A stretch of DNA of 64,000 nt from Bacteroidales bacterium (GTDB taxonomy: Bacteria; Bacteroidota; Bacteroidia; Bacteroidales; VadinHA17): NCBI GenBank assembly GCA_025454815.1, contig JALONR010000005.1, positions 14,134-78,133 of the forward strand, given 5' to 3'. This document shows, in pieces, positions 1-10,090 of this stretch (positions are counted from its first letter, which is position 1; each line of letters begins with the position of its first letter). Under the pieces are notes generated by a model, which saw nothing but the letters and a program-made list of their open reading frames with translations, did not search any database and had not been told where the DNA came from. Made by a program: the position numbers and the translations under genes.

Positions 1-2206
1 TGTCAAACAGCCCCATATCCAGGCCGAAGTTGAGAGTTGTGGAACGTTCCCACTTGAGATCCAGAAGGGGCAGTCCGTTGTTGACATAACCAGTCTGGCC
101 ATAGTATACTGATGTTGCGCCATAGCTTCCGAACACGCCAAAGTTGCTGAGAATGTCAATATTGCCATTAACACCGTAGCTGACCCTGGGCTTGAACTTG
201 GTTACATATTCACTTACGCGTGAGTTCCTGAAGAAATCTTCATTGTGGGCATTCCACCCGAGTGATATGCCCGGGAAGAAATCATACTTGTTGTTCCCGA
301 GACGTGAGGTTCCGTCATAACGGAATGTAAGCCCGAGAAGATACTTGTAATTGAAATCATAGTTAACCTGCCCGAAGAGTGAAGCAATTTCGTACCCGGT
401 CCTGAAAGAATACGGAACACCGCTGGCCTCTGAGCCCACATTCATGGTATAGATCAGGTCAGTGGGAGAGAGTCGGGTTCCCCCACTCATATTGAATGAC
501 TTTTCGGTAAAATATTCAGCACCCAGCAATGCATTCACATTGTGCAGCCCCGCAAATGATTTTTTGTAATTAAGCAAGCCGGTCAGCTGATGACGGAGTG
601 TCCTGGCCAGCGATGCTGATGCGTTGCGTGAAGTGATAAGGCTTCCCGAATTAAGATATGCCTTTGTGAACGATTCGTTGCTGTTGTTGACCGAGAAGTG
701 GCTGCCTCTCAGGGTGGCAGTAAAATCCTTCAGGAATGTGTAATCAAACTGCACAGACCCTGACAGTCTCTGCTCAAGGTTGTAGTTGACAAACTTGTCA
801 TAGTAGTAAAGAGGGTTGCCGAATCCGAGGTAGGTACCAGGCTGGTACTCATTTGAAAGACTACCGTCAGGATTATTATTATATATACGTGATGTCGGGG
901 CAAGACCTGCCGTCCTCTGGAAAAGGTTGTAGTCGCTGTCATATGGCAGGTCCCTGTTGGAGTGCGCATAGAATATGTTTGATGAAACCTTGAGGGCATC
1001 CGTCAGCTTGTAGGAGGCATTGAAGGTACCTGAAACTCTCTTGAAGGCAGAGCCGATAACCAGGCCGTTGTCATCCATGAACCCGAGGCCGAGGTAATAG
1101 GTGCCCCTGTCATTGCCGCCGTCAAAGGAAAGTGTGTAGTCCTGCGAATTGCTTTTCTGATAGAAGAGCTCATTCATCTGGTTCTCCATGAAAATCAGGG
1201 TAGTGCCTGGATTGACCGGATCTTCCATTGTCTGCCATCCGTCATAGGCGAGGAGGTACTCGTTGGCAGGTGAAAGGACCATTGTAGTGTATATTGAGTT
1301 GGTAGTATTGTTTCCTACACCGGCGGCATTGTTTCCCGTAAGGAACTGGTTGAGCCAGGCATAACCCATAACCTCCTGGGCGGCTTTTACCGCAAGCCTG
1401 TTAAACTTGACGTAATCAGCTGCATTGAGATACTCCATCGGATCACTGGGGCGGTTATTGAAGGTAAACTTTGACCTGAGGGTAATGTTTGCCTTGCCGC
1501 TCTTTCCCTTTCTTGTCGTTACCAGGATAACACCGTTGGCAGCCCTTGCACCATAAATGGCGGTTGAGGCTGCATCCTTCAGAACCTCTATTGACTCAAC
1601 GTCATCAGAGTTGAGTGCATAGAATGTGCTGGGGACACCGTCAACAAGGATCAGGGGTGAACCTGTTCCGTCAAAACTGGTACCGCCGCGTACCACCAGG
1701 TTCGGCGTAGTTCCGGGCTGACCACTGGTCTGGGTTACCTTAAGCCCTGCAATAGTACCCTGCAGTGCAGTGGCAATATTCGAGCGCGGAGCATTCTCAA
1801 GTACCCTGGTATCAAGCTTTGAAATGGAGGTTGTCATCTCCGCGCGGGACTGGGTGCTGTAACCGGTTACAACAATCTCATCAAGGACAGTTGTCTCCTG
1901 TGCCAGCAGAATATCGATAACATCCCTGCTGCCGATTGCAACAGTCTGTGTGACATAACCCACCATGGAGACAACAATTTCATTGCTGCCGGCAGGAACA
2001 TTCAATTCATAGGAGCCGTCAGCCTGGGTGGAAGTTCCCACTGTCGTGCCCCTGACAATAATAGTCACAGAAGGCAACGGAAGCCCGTCTCCGGCATCAG
2101 TCACCGTTCCTCTGATGGATTTCTGGGCCATCATTGTGCTTCCGCTCAGTAATACAGCAAGCAGAAACATCATCAACCCAGGTAAGAAAGTTACTTTTCT
2201 TTTCAT
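1..2206 (-). CDS. SusC/RagA family TonB-dependent outer membrane transporter (partial, runs off left edge)
   Basis: Translated by hand from ATG 2206: signal peptide MKRKVTFLPGLMMFLLAVLLSGSTMMAQ, then IRGTVTDAGDGLPLPSVTIIVRGT, and the plug signature EVLKDAASTAIYGARAANGVILVTTRKG (~1500-1590). Not in the ORF track because no stop lies within the window. Confidence 0.95.
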   Translation of the reverse strand, partial: MKRKVTFLPGLMMFLLAVLLSGSTMMAQKSIRGTVTDAGDGLPLPSVTIIVRGTTVGTSTQADGSYELNVPAGSNEIVVSMVGYVTQTVAIGSRDVIDILLAQETTVLDEIVVTGYSTQSRAEMTTSISKLDTRVLENAPRSNIATALQGTIAGLKVTQTSGQPGTTPNLVVRGGTSFDGTGSPLILVDGVPSTFYALNSDDVESIEVLKDAASTAIYGARAANGVILVTTRKGKSGKANITLRSKFTFNNRPSDPMEYLNAADYVKFNRLAVKAAQEVMGYAWLNQFLTGNNAAGVGNNTTNSIYTTMVLSPANEYLLAYDGWQTMEDPVNPGTTLIFMENQMNELFYQKSNSQDYTLSFDGGNDRGTYYLGLGFMDDNGLVIGSAFKRVSGTFNASYKLTDALKVSSNIFYAHSNRDLPYDSDYNLFQRTAGLAPTSRIYNNNPDGSLSNEYQPGTYLGFGNPLYYYDKFVNYNLEQRLSGSVQFDYTFLKDFTATLRGSHFSVNNSNESFTKAYLNSGSLITSRNASASLARTLRHQLTGLLNYKKSFAGLHNVNALLGAEYFTEKSFNMSGGTRLSPTDLIYTMNVGSEASGVPYSFRTGYEIASLFGQVNYDFNYKYLLGLTFRYDGTSRLGNNKYDFFPGISLGWNAHNEDFFRNSRVSEYVTKFKPRVSYGVNGNIDILSNFGVFGSYGATSVYYGQTGYVNNGLPLLDLKWERSTTLNFGLDMGLFD

Positions 2207-2249
2207 AGAGTGTGATTGGTTTGGGGTTAATATTAACTATTGTTAAAAA

Positions 2250-2272
2250 TGTTTTATGTAATACATAAGACA
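2250..2272. promoter_or_regulatory. Putative FadR/GntR operator (inverted repeat)
   Basis: TGT-T-TTATGTA-A-TACATAA-G-ACA, an inverted repeat with one mismatch, between divergent susC and fadR; has the GT...AC core typical of GntR-family sites. Confidence 0.55.
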
Positions 2273-2361
2273 GTACAAAAATAATTTTTTAATTTTACAT
2301 GCAACAGTTCTGCCGTTTTTTTTTCTTCTTTTGTATTAATTTTCTTGAAATCAAACCAATA

Positions 2362-3096
2362 ATGGATAACCGGGACCTGAAACTGGAGCTGAAGGCAATC
2401 GATACCAGTTCACTCGTGGACAAGGTTGAGATGCGGCTTATCGAAGTGTTTCTCTACAAGGAACTCAAACCTGGTGACCCGATCCCCAAGGAGACAGAGC
2501 TTGCACAGCTCATGGGTGTCAGCCGGACAGTCATCAGGGAGTCACTCAACAGGCTCAAGACGATGGGACTGGTTGAATCAAAAAAACACAGGGGAACAAT
2601 CATAAAAAGCCCTGACCTGTCGGCAATACTCGAAAAATCCCTTATCCCGAGAATCCTTGACAACAAGACCCTGATGGATGTTTTTGAGATCCGCCTCGCA
2701 CTTGAGGTGGGAATGGCCGACTTCATCTTTGCACGCAAAACACCCGAAGATATCAGGGAACTTGAGGAGATTGTTGATATTGAACCTGATCATTCTGACG
2801 ATATTCTCTTCGACGTGGAACACGAAATGAGGTTTCATGGCAAGCTTTACTCCATGACGGGCAATGAAACCCTGAACGACTTCCAGAATCTTATTCTTCC
2901 TGCCTTTCAGCATGTATATGACATCGGGCTCCTGAAAATCAAGGTCAAGCGGAAAAAACACAAATCCCACAAGGAGCTGGTGGCTCTCCTGAAAAAAGGG
3001 ACTCCTGATGAATTCCGCGAAGGTATGAGAAGACACCTTGAAAACCACTTCGTCAGGATCCTTGGAGCTACCGAGGATCAGGCAATCAGAAGGTAG
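2362..3096 (+). CDS. FadR/GntR family transcriptional regulator
   Basis: wHTH LKPGDPIPKETELAQLMGVSRTVIRESL plus FCD domain (FEIRLALE, FHGKLY, H...MRRHL); ATG 2362 preferred over 2299. Confidence 0.93.
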   Translation: MDNRDLKLELKAIDTSSLVDKVEMRLIEVFLYKELKPGDPIPKETELAQLMGVSRTVIRESLNRLKTMGLVESKKHRGTIIKSPDLSAILEKSLIPRILDNKTLMDVFEIRLALEVGMADFIFARKTPEDIRELEEIVDIEPDHSDDILFDVEHEMRFHGKLYSMTGNETLNDFQNLILPAFQHVYDIGLLKIKVKRKKHKSHKELVALLKKGTPDEFREGMRRHLENHFVRILGATEDQAIRR

Positions 3097-3764
3097 TAAA
3101 GATCAATCACTGCAAAGAATCCAATTTGTACGGCAAACAGCGGAAGCGCCCTGTCGTTGGGCTTCTCTTCTCCCCAGACCCTGACAACTGTATGGAAAAC
3201 TGCTGAAAAGATAAACCAGGCCAGGTAATTTTTCAATGGAATGATGCCGCATTCCCATGACCACATATCGAGCCTTGTTGCCGCCGGTTCAAGGATAATG
3301 TCATAAAGCACCATCAGCAACGAGCCGGTGATTATGATGAACAGCGACTTCGTCCATGGGGTCTCCCTTCCTCCGGCCTTAACCGGCATCCTGTCCCATA
3401 TCCGGCGACTGATCACGTTTGTACAGTAAATAAGAAGAAACCAGTTCAGTCCTATTATTATAGGTGTATTTAATAGCGCCGGACCCAGGGTGCGTCCATA
3501 GACATATGTCCCGAAAATTTTACCTGTGTTGACCCCTGCTGCCTCAATGAAAAAAGATGCAACTGCGATAAAGAGACCGGTGACAATCACCCTCCCTGCC
3601 GGCCATCTTCCCCAGAAAAGAAAGAGCGTGGCAAAGATCAGGTTCAAAGGGGTAATGGACTTGAAAAGTTCACGGCTGAAGGGCAGCAGCATCCCTGCCA
3701 GCCCTACCCCGTATACCCACAGAAGTATTTCAACAGGTTTTGGTATCCGGGCTTTAACTTTCAT
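3078..3764 (-). CDS. cruF: Carotenoid 1,2-hydratase, CruF-like membrane protein
   Basis: Multi-TM protein with E..GV.TG.IFG.Y.YG..LG, P.II.LNW, D...EP.A...D.W.W and P..NY.AW motifs; last gene of the crt operon. Confidence 0.8.
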   Translation of the reverse strand: MKVKARIPKPVEILLWVYGVGLAGMLLPFSRELFKSITPLNLIFATLFLFWGRWPAGRVIVTGLFIAVASFFIEAAGVNTGKIFGTYVYGRTLGPALLNTPIIIGLNWFLLIYCTNVISRRIWDRMPVKAGGRETPWTKSLFIIITGSLLMVLYDIILEPAATRLDMWSWECGIIPLKNYLAWFIFSAVFHTVVRVWGEEKPNDRALPLFAVQIGFFAVIDLYYLLIA

Positions 3765-3809
3765 TGTGGTCTGACGTTCTTGATGCGTATAGAAGGATCC
3801 TGTATTTCA

Positions 3810-5288
3810 TCACCCTGCAGATGGTATCATGTCACATGCGATTTTTGCCGATGCCAGGCAGAGGGGGATTCCTCCGCCGGGGTGGACTGATCCGCCGACA
3901 AACCAGAGGTTTTCATATTTCCTCCTCACATTCGGGTGGCGCCTGAATGCAGCAAAACGGCTGTTTGAGCTGCTGCCGTAAAGTGCTCCGCGGTGCGACG
4001 CGGTGAGTCGTTCAATATCACGCGGATCAAGTATGTGTTCGGCAGAAATGTATTCTTCAACAGGGCAGCCTAGCCTCCTGCCAATCTTTTCAATTATGTT
4101 TTTACGTGCCGACCTGACAATGCTGTTCCAGTCCTGTCCACGGTCATAAGGCACATTTATCATTACAAACCAGTTGTCCTTGCCCTCGGGCGCATCGCCG
4201 GGCACTACCCTGGATGAGGCAAAAACGTAAACGGTAGGGTCACCGGTCACTTCTCCCCTTCTCAGAGCCCTGAACTCGCCGGGGTAATCCGACGAAAAGA
4301 AGATGTTGTGCAGGTCAAGCTCCCCGAACCTGCGGTTCATTGACCAGTAGAATATCAGCGCAGAGGTGCTCCGCTCCTGTTTCTCCTGACGGCGTGCAGG
4401 CTTTTCTTCCTTCATAAGCTTCCTGTAGAAGGGAATCACATCCACGTCCGAGACTACCACTCTGGCAGGCATGAATCCCCCGGCGGTCTCAATCCCGGTT
4501 ACCAGGTTTCCCTCCTTCGTCACTGAAAGCACTTCCACACCTTTCTGAATGTTAACACCACAGCGGATTGCCAGTTGTTCCAGCTTCTCAATTATGTCAC
4601 GCATTCCGCCTGCCGGAAAGAAGGCACCCATGTTGTGTTCCAGGTGTGCAATGACATTAAGCGTACCGGGAGCACGGTACGGACTTGAGCCGTTGTAGGT
4701 GGCATAGCGGTCAAAGAGCTGGATCAGCCCGGGGCTCCTGAAGCGCCTGCTTATTACACCGTGCATGGTAGAGAATGCATTCAGCTTCCTGAAGTTACGG
4801 GCCACATTCAGTGATTCCGGCTTGCGGAAGTTGTCAAACTGGTAGAACGGAGAAAAGATAAAGATGCCGGCTGTAAGATCATACAGTTCTGCGCACTCAT
4901 CCAGGAACCCAAGCACATTCGCCCGGGGCTCTCCCGTGACCCTCTCTGCCTCCCCGGCAAAACGGTTCCTGTCGGTCCACGCATTGAGAAGAGTCCCGTC
5001 ATCCCAGAAATACCTGCAAGACGATTCCAGCGGGATATAACTGAAATGCTGGCGGGGGTCCTCCCCGGCAAGGACAAACAGATCATCAACCAGCCCGGGC
5101 AATGTGAAAAGCGACGGGCCGGTATCAAACCGGCAATCGTCAAGGCGGAGTTCTCCTATCTTGCCTCCCGTCTCACTGTTCTTCTCAAAAAGGTGGGTTT
5201 CATACCCCTTTACGGCCAGTCTTATTGCTGCCGCCATTCCTCCGATACCTGCTCCGATCACTACGGCCTTCTGTTTCATCTCTTTCAT
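3810..5288 (-). CDS. crtD: 1-hydroxycarotenoid 3,4-desaturase (CrtI family)
   Basis: GAGIGG FAD motif, FDTGPSLFTLP, RYATYNGSSPY.APG, GALYGSSSN and GGSVHPGGGIPLCL typical of Bacteroidota CrtD; adjacent to cruF. Confidence 0.82.
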   Translation of the reverse strand: MKEMKQKAVVIGAGIGGMAAAIRLAVKGYETHLFEKNSETGGKIGELRLDDCRFDTGPSLFTLPGLVDDLFVLAGEDPRQHFSYIPLESSCRYFWDDGTLLNAWTDRNRFAGEAERVTGEPRANVLGFLDECAELYDLTAGIFIFSPFYQFDNFRKPESLNVARNFRKLNAFSTMHGVISRRFRSPGLIQLFDRYATYNGSSPYRAPGTLNVIAHLEHNMGAFFPAGGMRDIIEKLEQLAIRCGVNIQKGVEVLSVTKEGNLVTGIETAGGFMPARVVVSDVDVIPFYRKLMKEEKPARRQEKQERSTSALIFYWSMNRRFGELDLHNIFFSSDYPGEFRALRRGEVTGDPTVYVFASSRVVPGDAPEGKDNWFVMINVPYDRGQDWNSIVRSARKNIIEKIGRRLGCPVEEYISAEHILDPRDIERLTASHRGALYGSSSNSRFAAFRRHPNVRRKYENLWFVGGSVHPGGGIPLCLASAKIACDMIPSAG

Positions 5289-5293
5289 CTTCT

Positions 5294-6133
5294 TTAGATT
5301 ATGCCCACCAGGTCATTAATGGTTACCCTGGCCAGAAGCAGCAATTTCCGTCCGTTTGATATCCTGAAGCGCCTGCCTGTAATGGCATCCGGCTGTATCT
5401 TTCTAATCTTGCCGAAAAGGGCCATATAATAGGAATATGCCAGGTAAACCCCCCGCCTGCTGCCACGGTCAAGTCTCCTGATGCCCTCGAGTGATGCCCT
5501 GAAATCTCCGGCAATATCCTCCTCAATCTGTCTCTTGTCAGCTTCAGTGAAATTATTGAAGTCGACGCCCGGGAAATAGATCCGCCCTCTTTCCTGGTAA
5601 TCACTTTTGATATCCCTCAGGAAGTTGACCTTCTGAAATGCCGATCCGAGCCTGCGTGCCGGTTCCCTGAGTTTGTCAAAGCGAATCGGGTCATCATGGC
5701 AGAAGACCCTCAGGCACATGAGCCCCACCGCTTCGGCGGAGCCGTAAATATACTGACTGTAACTCTGCAGGTCATGGTTCTTCTGCTCAAGGTCCATCTC
5801 CATGCTGTAAAGAAAGGCCTCGATGAACTCCCTGTCAATATTATAGGTATTGACGGCCCACTGAAATGAATGAAGCACCGGGTTTGAGCTGACCCCTTCA
5901 GTAATTGCCTCATCGGTATCATGGCGGAACCTTTCAAGCATCTCCCTCTGCCTGTGTCCGAAGAAGGTGTCGACTATTTCGTCGGCGAGTCTGACGAACC
6001 CGTATATGGCATATATGGCAGGACGGTGCCTTACCGCCAGGGTACGTATACCCAGGGAGAAGGAGGTGCTGTAGCCGGTAGTTACCACCCTGCTGCACCT
6101 CAGGGCGATGTTGTTATATAGAGTCAATTTCAT
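5294..6133 (-). CDS. crtB: Phytoene/squalene synthase
   Basis: YSTSFSLG, RLADEIVD, YIYGSAE.VGLMCL, FQKVNFLRD motifs. Confidence 0.93.
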   Translation of the reverse strand: MKLTLYNNIALRCSRVVTTGYSTSFSLGIRTLAVRHRPAIYAIYGFVRLADEIVDTFFGHRQREMLERFRHDTDEAITEGVSSNPVLHSFQWAVNTYNIDREFIEAFLYSMEMDLEQKNHDLQSYSQYIYGSAEAVGLMCLRVFCHDDPIRFDKLREPARRLGSAFQKVNFLRDIKSDYQERGRIYFPGVDFNNFTEADKRQIEEDIAGDFRASLEGIRRLDRGSRRGVYLAYSYYMALFGKIRKIQPDAITGRRFRISNGRKLLLLARVTINDLVGII

Positions 6134-7601
6134 GGTCTATCCTCTGTACGGTTAGTTTCGAGCTGATTATTACCATTGGAAGTCCCGTACCCGGCACGGT
6201 GGAGGCGCCAGTATACCATACGTTTGAGAACTGCTCATCCCTGTTCGAGGGCCTGAAGCCTCCCACCTGGGTCATTTTGTGCCCGAGCCCCAGACCGCTG
6301 CCGCGGTACAGTCCGAACATATTCTGCCAGTTGACCGGGTCAAGAACCACCCGTGTCATAAGGTTGGCTGAAATGTCATGGCCTGTGCGTGCCGAGAGGT
6401 CAGCAATGACGGCATCCGCAATGCGCTCCCTGTCACTCCAGTCGGGTTTAAACCTCAGGTCAGGTACCGGGACGAGAATAAAGAGGTTTTCGCAGCCCGC
6501 AGGCGCGCTCTGCGGGTTGAAGATGGCGTTTGCATTCACATAGTAATATGGTTTCTCCAGCGACACCCTGTTACGGAAGATCCCTTTCGAGTAGGGCTCG
6601 TAATCTTTGTTCCCGAGGAAATAATTGTGATGGTGGATATTTTCCATCTTTCCCTTAACCCCCAGGTACATGGTGAATGGGGCAAGGGTCCACTGCATCC
6701 GGTCAAGCCGCCCGTCACTGAATGCAGGACGGCGGAAGACCCTGCCGCGGAACATCGCGGCATCGGCATTGACCACGAAGATATCACCCTCCCAGCGCCT
6801 GCCGTCTGAGTCAATAAAGGCCCTGTTCCGCCTCCCTGAAGCTTCAAAGCCGGTAACCCTGACGTTATAGTGTATTTTGATCCCTGATTTATCTGCTTCG
6901 CGAAGCAGACCCTCCACAATGCGGTACATACCCCCTTCCACATTGTGGTAACCGTCATGCACCATCTCTGTGTAACTGAGTATGGTGTAAACGGCAGGTG
7001 TGTCGAAAGGTGTTGCTCCCAGGAAGAATGATACGAGCGAAAAAATCACCCTGACCTCGTAGGAGGTGAAGTACCTGCTCATCTCACCCCATACTGACCG
7101 CAGTACTTTCGGCACATGCCTTACGGGCAGTTTTGTCATCTGGAAGATGAAATCAGGCAGCGATCTGAAATTCTTTGAGAGAACCCCCTTTTCAATATCA
7201 TCAAACAATACCCCGGCCGACTCCAGGAAGCGGTCCATTCTCTCCCTGAATCCGGGTTCTATGTCTTCAAACTGCGCGGAAAGTTTTTCCAGGTCGCGGT
7301 ATATGGTATACCACCTGTCACTGCCGCGAAAGTTCACCCTATACAGAGGATCAATCTTCACGAACCGGAATGGCATTTCTATCCCCGCATCCTTTACAAA
7401 CTCGTCGAAGTGGTAGCTCATACTGAAGAAGGTGGGGGCCATGTCAAAGGTAAAACCGTCAGATGTCAGCTGGTTGAGCCTGCCACCGGCCTGCCTGTAC
7501 ATTTCCACGATCTCCACCTCATAGCCTCGTCGTTTCAGCCGGAGGGCGGTTGCCAGCCCGCCCAGTCCGGCACCTACTATCAACGCTTTCTTTCCGCTCA
7601 T
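6114..7601 (-). CDS. crtI: Phytoene desaturase
   Basis: GAGLGG, GGRL...GFTFDM, GASTVPGTGLPMVIIS; start placed at MSGKK (7601). Confidence 0.88.
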   Translation of the reverse strand: MSGKKALIVGAGLGGLATALRLKRRGYEVEIVEMYRQAGGRLNQLTSDGFTFDMAPTFFSMSYHFDEFVKDAGIEMPFRFVKIDPLYRVNFRGSDRWYTIYRDLEKLSAQFEDIEPGFRERMDRFLESAGVLFDDIEKGVLSKNFRSLPDFIFQMTKLPVRHVPKVLRSVWGEMSRYFTSYEVRVIFSLVSFFLGATPFDTPAVYTILSYTEMVHDGYHNVEGGMYRIVEGLLREADKSGIKIHYNVRVTGFEASGRRNRAFIDSDGRRWEGDIFVVNADAAMFRGRVFRRPAFSDGRLDRMQWTLAPFTMYLGVKGKMENIHHHNYFLGNKDYEPYSKGIFRNRVSLEKPYYYVNANAIFNPQSAPAGCENLFILVPVPDLRFKPDWSDRERIADAVIADLSARTGHDISANLMTRVVLDPVNWQNMFGLYRGSGLGLGHKMTQVGGFRPSNRDEQFSNVWYTGASTVPGTGLPMVIISSKLTVQRIDHEIDSI

Positions 7602-7605
7602 AATA

Positions 7606-8379
7606 TCATTTGCTCTTTTTTTCAACGGCTGGCAGCAGCTCATCCCTGACCCACTGGAAGTCAGGTGCCCTCTTCAGCGCCATGCGATATGCCTCAGCTG
7701 CTCCCCTGTAATCATCCATCCTCTCAAGGAGCTGTCCAAGCAGTACCATTGTATTCAGGTATCTCCAGTTGCATGCTGAGAGTCCGGGTTGTGCTTCAAA
7801 CAGCCGGAGCGCCTCCCTGAATGATTCTGCTGACTTTTCCTTTGACCCTCCGGCAAATGCAGGCATGTGAGCTTCTGAATTGGCTTTTTCGATCCATACC
7901 ACCGGCGATTTGTTTCCCACCTTCATCGCTGCCTCCAGCTGCTTCAGGGCCCTTGGGCCGAGGGTGACTGCCCTTGCCGGGTTCAGTCCCATCCGGAATC
8001 CAAGCAGTGCAAGCCTGAATGCTTCTGTCTCGGCCTCATAACCGGGGTAAACAGCCAGCTTCTCAATCTCGCCGGAAAAGATTTCCACCTCGGCTCTTGC
8101 CGAATTCTTATCATCCCTGCCCAGAAGGTAGCCGATATAACCGTACCTCGCCTCCACCAGGGTATAGAGTGTGCACCCCTTCGGATCACGCCTGAGCTGC
8201 TCCTGCAGCTCTCCCATCCCCTTTTTCCACATATCCATGTTTCCGCTGACATAGCCCTTGTAAACGGTACAACTGCTGCAGTCTTCACTTTCCGGAGATA
8301 CTGAGAGACCTTTTCCCGATGTGTCTGCACCGCAGACCATAAATGCTGAAAGCATCAATATTGATAAAGTTCTTTTCAT
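7606..8379 (-). CDS. Exported TPR-repeat protein of unknown function in the crt operon
   Basis: N-terminal signal-like MKRTLSILMLSAFMVCG; C-terminal TPR (LLGQLLERMDDYRGAAEAYRMALKRAPDF); start overlaps upstream stop (ATGA). Confidence 0.75.
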   Translation of the reverse strand: MKRTLSILMLSAFMVCGADTSGKGLSVSPESEDCSSCTVYKGYVSGNMDMWKKGMGELQEQLRRDPKGCTLYTLVEARYGYIGYLLGRDDKNSARAEVEIFSGEIEKLAVYPGYEAETEAFRLALLGFRMGLNPARAVTLGPRALKQLEAAMKVGNKSPVVWIEKANSEAHMPAFAGGSKEKSAESFREALRLFEAQPGLSACNWRYLNTMVLLGQLLERMDDYRGAAEAYRMALKRAPDFQWVRDELLPAVEKKSK

Positions 8380-9476
8380 TCTACTTTTCGTCCTTTCCAT
8401 TCATAACTTTTCCTTACCCTGTGTTTCAGCGCCAGGAATGCAATATGGTAAAAAGCTACGATTCCGGGTAACAGGTACATAAGATTCTCGCTGACCCTCT
8501 GCCGGCTGGTCATTGCGATCATTGCATTGAGGGCGATGACCATTGCCAGGTAAATGGCCAGGTACTGCCATGAAACGAACAGCAGCACGATCCACCCGGC
8601 AAGCCCGGCAAGCGCATACAGCAGCAGGAAGGCAAGGCTGTTTCCGAACATTGAAAAAATATTCCTTGAGAAGCCGTTGACCCCCTCCCTGTAGCCTCTG
8701 TACATGCGGCACTCAATCTCCTTCCTTCCCACCAGCGTGTCTCCCCTTAGCCTGCTTTTCTTTACCAGCCTCATGATCTCTATGTCTTCTGCAAGCCTGT
8801 CCCTGACCCTCTCATGAAAACGGTATCTCCTGTAGGTCATGCCGTGGAATAGCATCATCTGTCCGTTTGCGGCAGAGAAGGAGCTCCACCTGCAGCGGCG
8901 TATCAGGAAAAGGGGAAGCAGGGAGAGCAGTATCCGGAACATGAAAGGCACCACTATTTTCTCACCCCGGCTCCTCATCCGTTGCCTTGGAAACATTGAG
9001 AGAAGAGCCAGTCTGTGTCTGTCAGCGTAGTATACTGCCCTTCTCAGCAGGTCTTCTCCAACGGTCACATCTGCGTCAAGGAAAAGGAGGTAATCGTTTG
9101 AGGCCTCTCCGGCCAGCCGGTGGCATGCATGGTTTTTTCCGGTCCAGCCCGGGGGAAGATCACCTCCTCTGATGTACCTGATCCTTTCGTCAACCTTCGC
9201 GCATGCGGTCACCACTTCTGCAGTGCTGTCAGTTGATCCGTCGTCATATACAATTATTTCTGCCCTGGCATAGGGCAGCAATGCAAGGCTTCCCAGGAGG
9301 TTACCAATGTTCTTTTCTTCATTTCTTACGGGTATAAGAATTGAAAGCGACGGTAACCTTGCCTGTTCCGCAACAACCAGTGGGAGAAAGGGTCTGGAGA
9401 GCATGTTCAGCAGTGCCACCGCAAACCGGAGGAAAGTAAGGAAAAGTATAAGGCTGCCGGCGACGATAAGTATCAT
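8376..9476 (-). CDS. GT2 glycosyltransferase, CruC/CrtQ-like carotenoid glycosyltransferase
   Basis: SILIPVRNEE, DDGSTD, LPPGWTGKNHAC, FLDAD, AANGQ, AED, CRMY, YEWKGR motifs; crt operon context. Confidence 0.85.
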   Translation of the reverse strand: MILIVAGSLILFLTFLRFAVALLNMLSRPFLPLVVAEQARLPSLSILIPVRNEEKNIGNLLGSLALLPYARAEIIVYDDGSTDSTAEVVTACAKVDERIRYIRGGDLPPGWTGKNHACHRLAGEASNDYLLFLDADVTVGEDLLRRAVYYADRHRLALLSMFPRQRMRSRGEKIVVPFMFRILLSLLPLFLIRRCRWSSFSAANGQMMLFHGMTYRRYRFHERVRDRLAEDIEIMRLVKKSRLRGDTLVGRKEIECRMYRGYREGVNGFSRNIFSMFGNSLAFLLLYALAGLAGWIVLLFVSWQYLAIYLAMVIALNAMIAMTSRQRVSENLMYLLPGIVAFYHIAFLALKHRVRKSYEWKGRKVE

Positions 9477-10090
9477 AAAGGTATTTGCTTGGCAATGCAC
9501 TCGTCAAGGAATATGTTATATGCCTCTTCCAGGTCAGAAATTGATCTCTCCCTGGCGGAATACTCTATTACCCTGACACTGAGTCCCGGCTTCTTTTGAG
9601 AAAACCAGTCGGGCAGTGCAACATAAAACAATATCATAAGCCTGTCAGAGGCGCCAGCGATGATTCGTTCGGTGCCCCTTTCAAACCTTATGGGTCTTCT
9701 GTGTATTGATGTAATTACTCCCTGGGGGTAGACCACCACCATGTTGGCAGAATCATGAAGCAGCCCTGAGGTATATCTTAATGTGTCAACAACAGTCCGC
9801 GAACCCCGTTTGATGGAGAAAGCTCCGGCCTTGTTCAGGAAGAGCCTTGTCTCAAGCTGCTCCACCAGCATCATGATATGAAACTTCTTATGGAGATGCA
9901 GGTCATTGAGGCGGTAGGCAATGAATCCGTCCCACCAGCTGATGTGGTTTCCGATAAGCAGCACCGGCCTGCCCGCAGGATCGGGAGTGCATTCAAACCT
10001 GCACTCGCTGAAATACCTCTTCAGGCCTGTTCTGGCATAAAAACTGAAGAACCGGACAAAGAAAGGTATATGTCTTGCCCTGATTATCAT
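9473..10090 (-). CDS. PlsC-type acyltransferase, CruD-like carotenoid-glycoside acyltransferase
   Basis: NHISWWDGF (HxxxxD), GAFSI, YPQG; ATGA-coupled to the GT2 gene. Confidence 0.82.
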   Translation of the reverse strand: MIIRARHIPFFVRFFSFYARTGLKRYFSECRFECTPDPAGRPVLLIGNHISWWDGFIAYRLNDLHLHKKFHIMMLVEQLETRLFLNKAGAFSIKRGSRTVVDTLRYTSGLLHDSANMVVVYPQGVITSIHRRPIRFERGTERIIAGASDRLMILFYVALPDWFSQKKPGLSVRVIEYSARERSISDLEEAYNIFLDECIAKQIPL

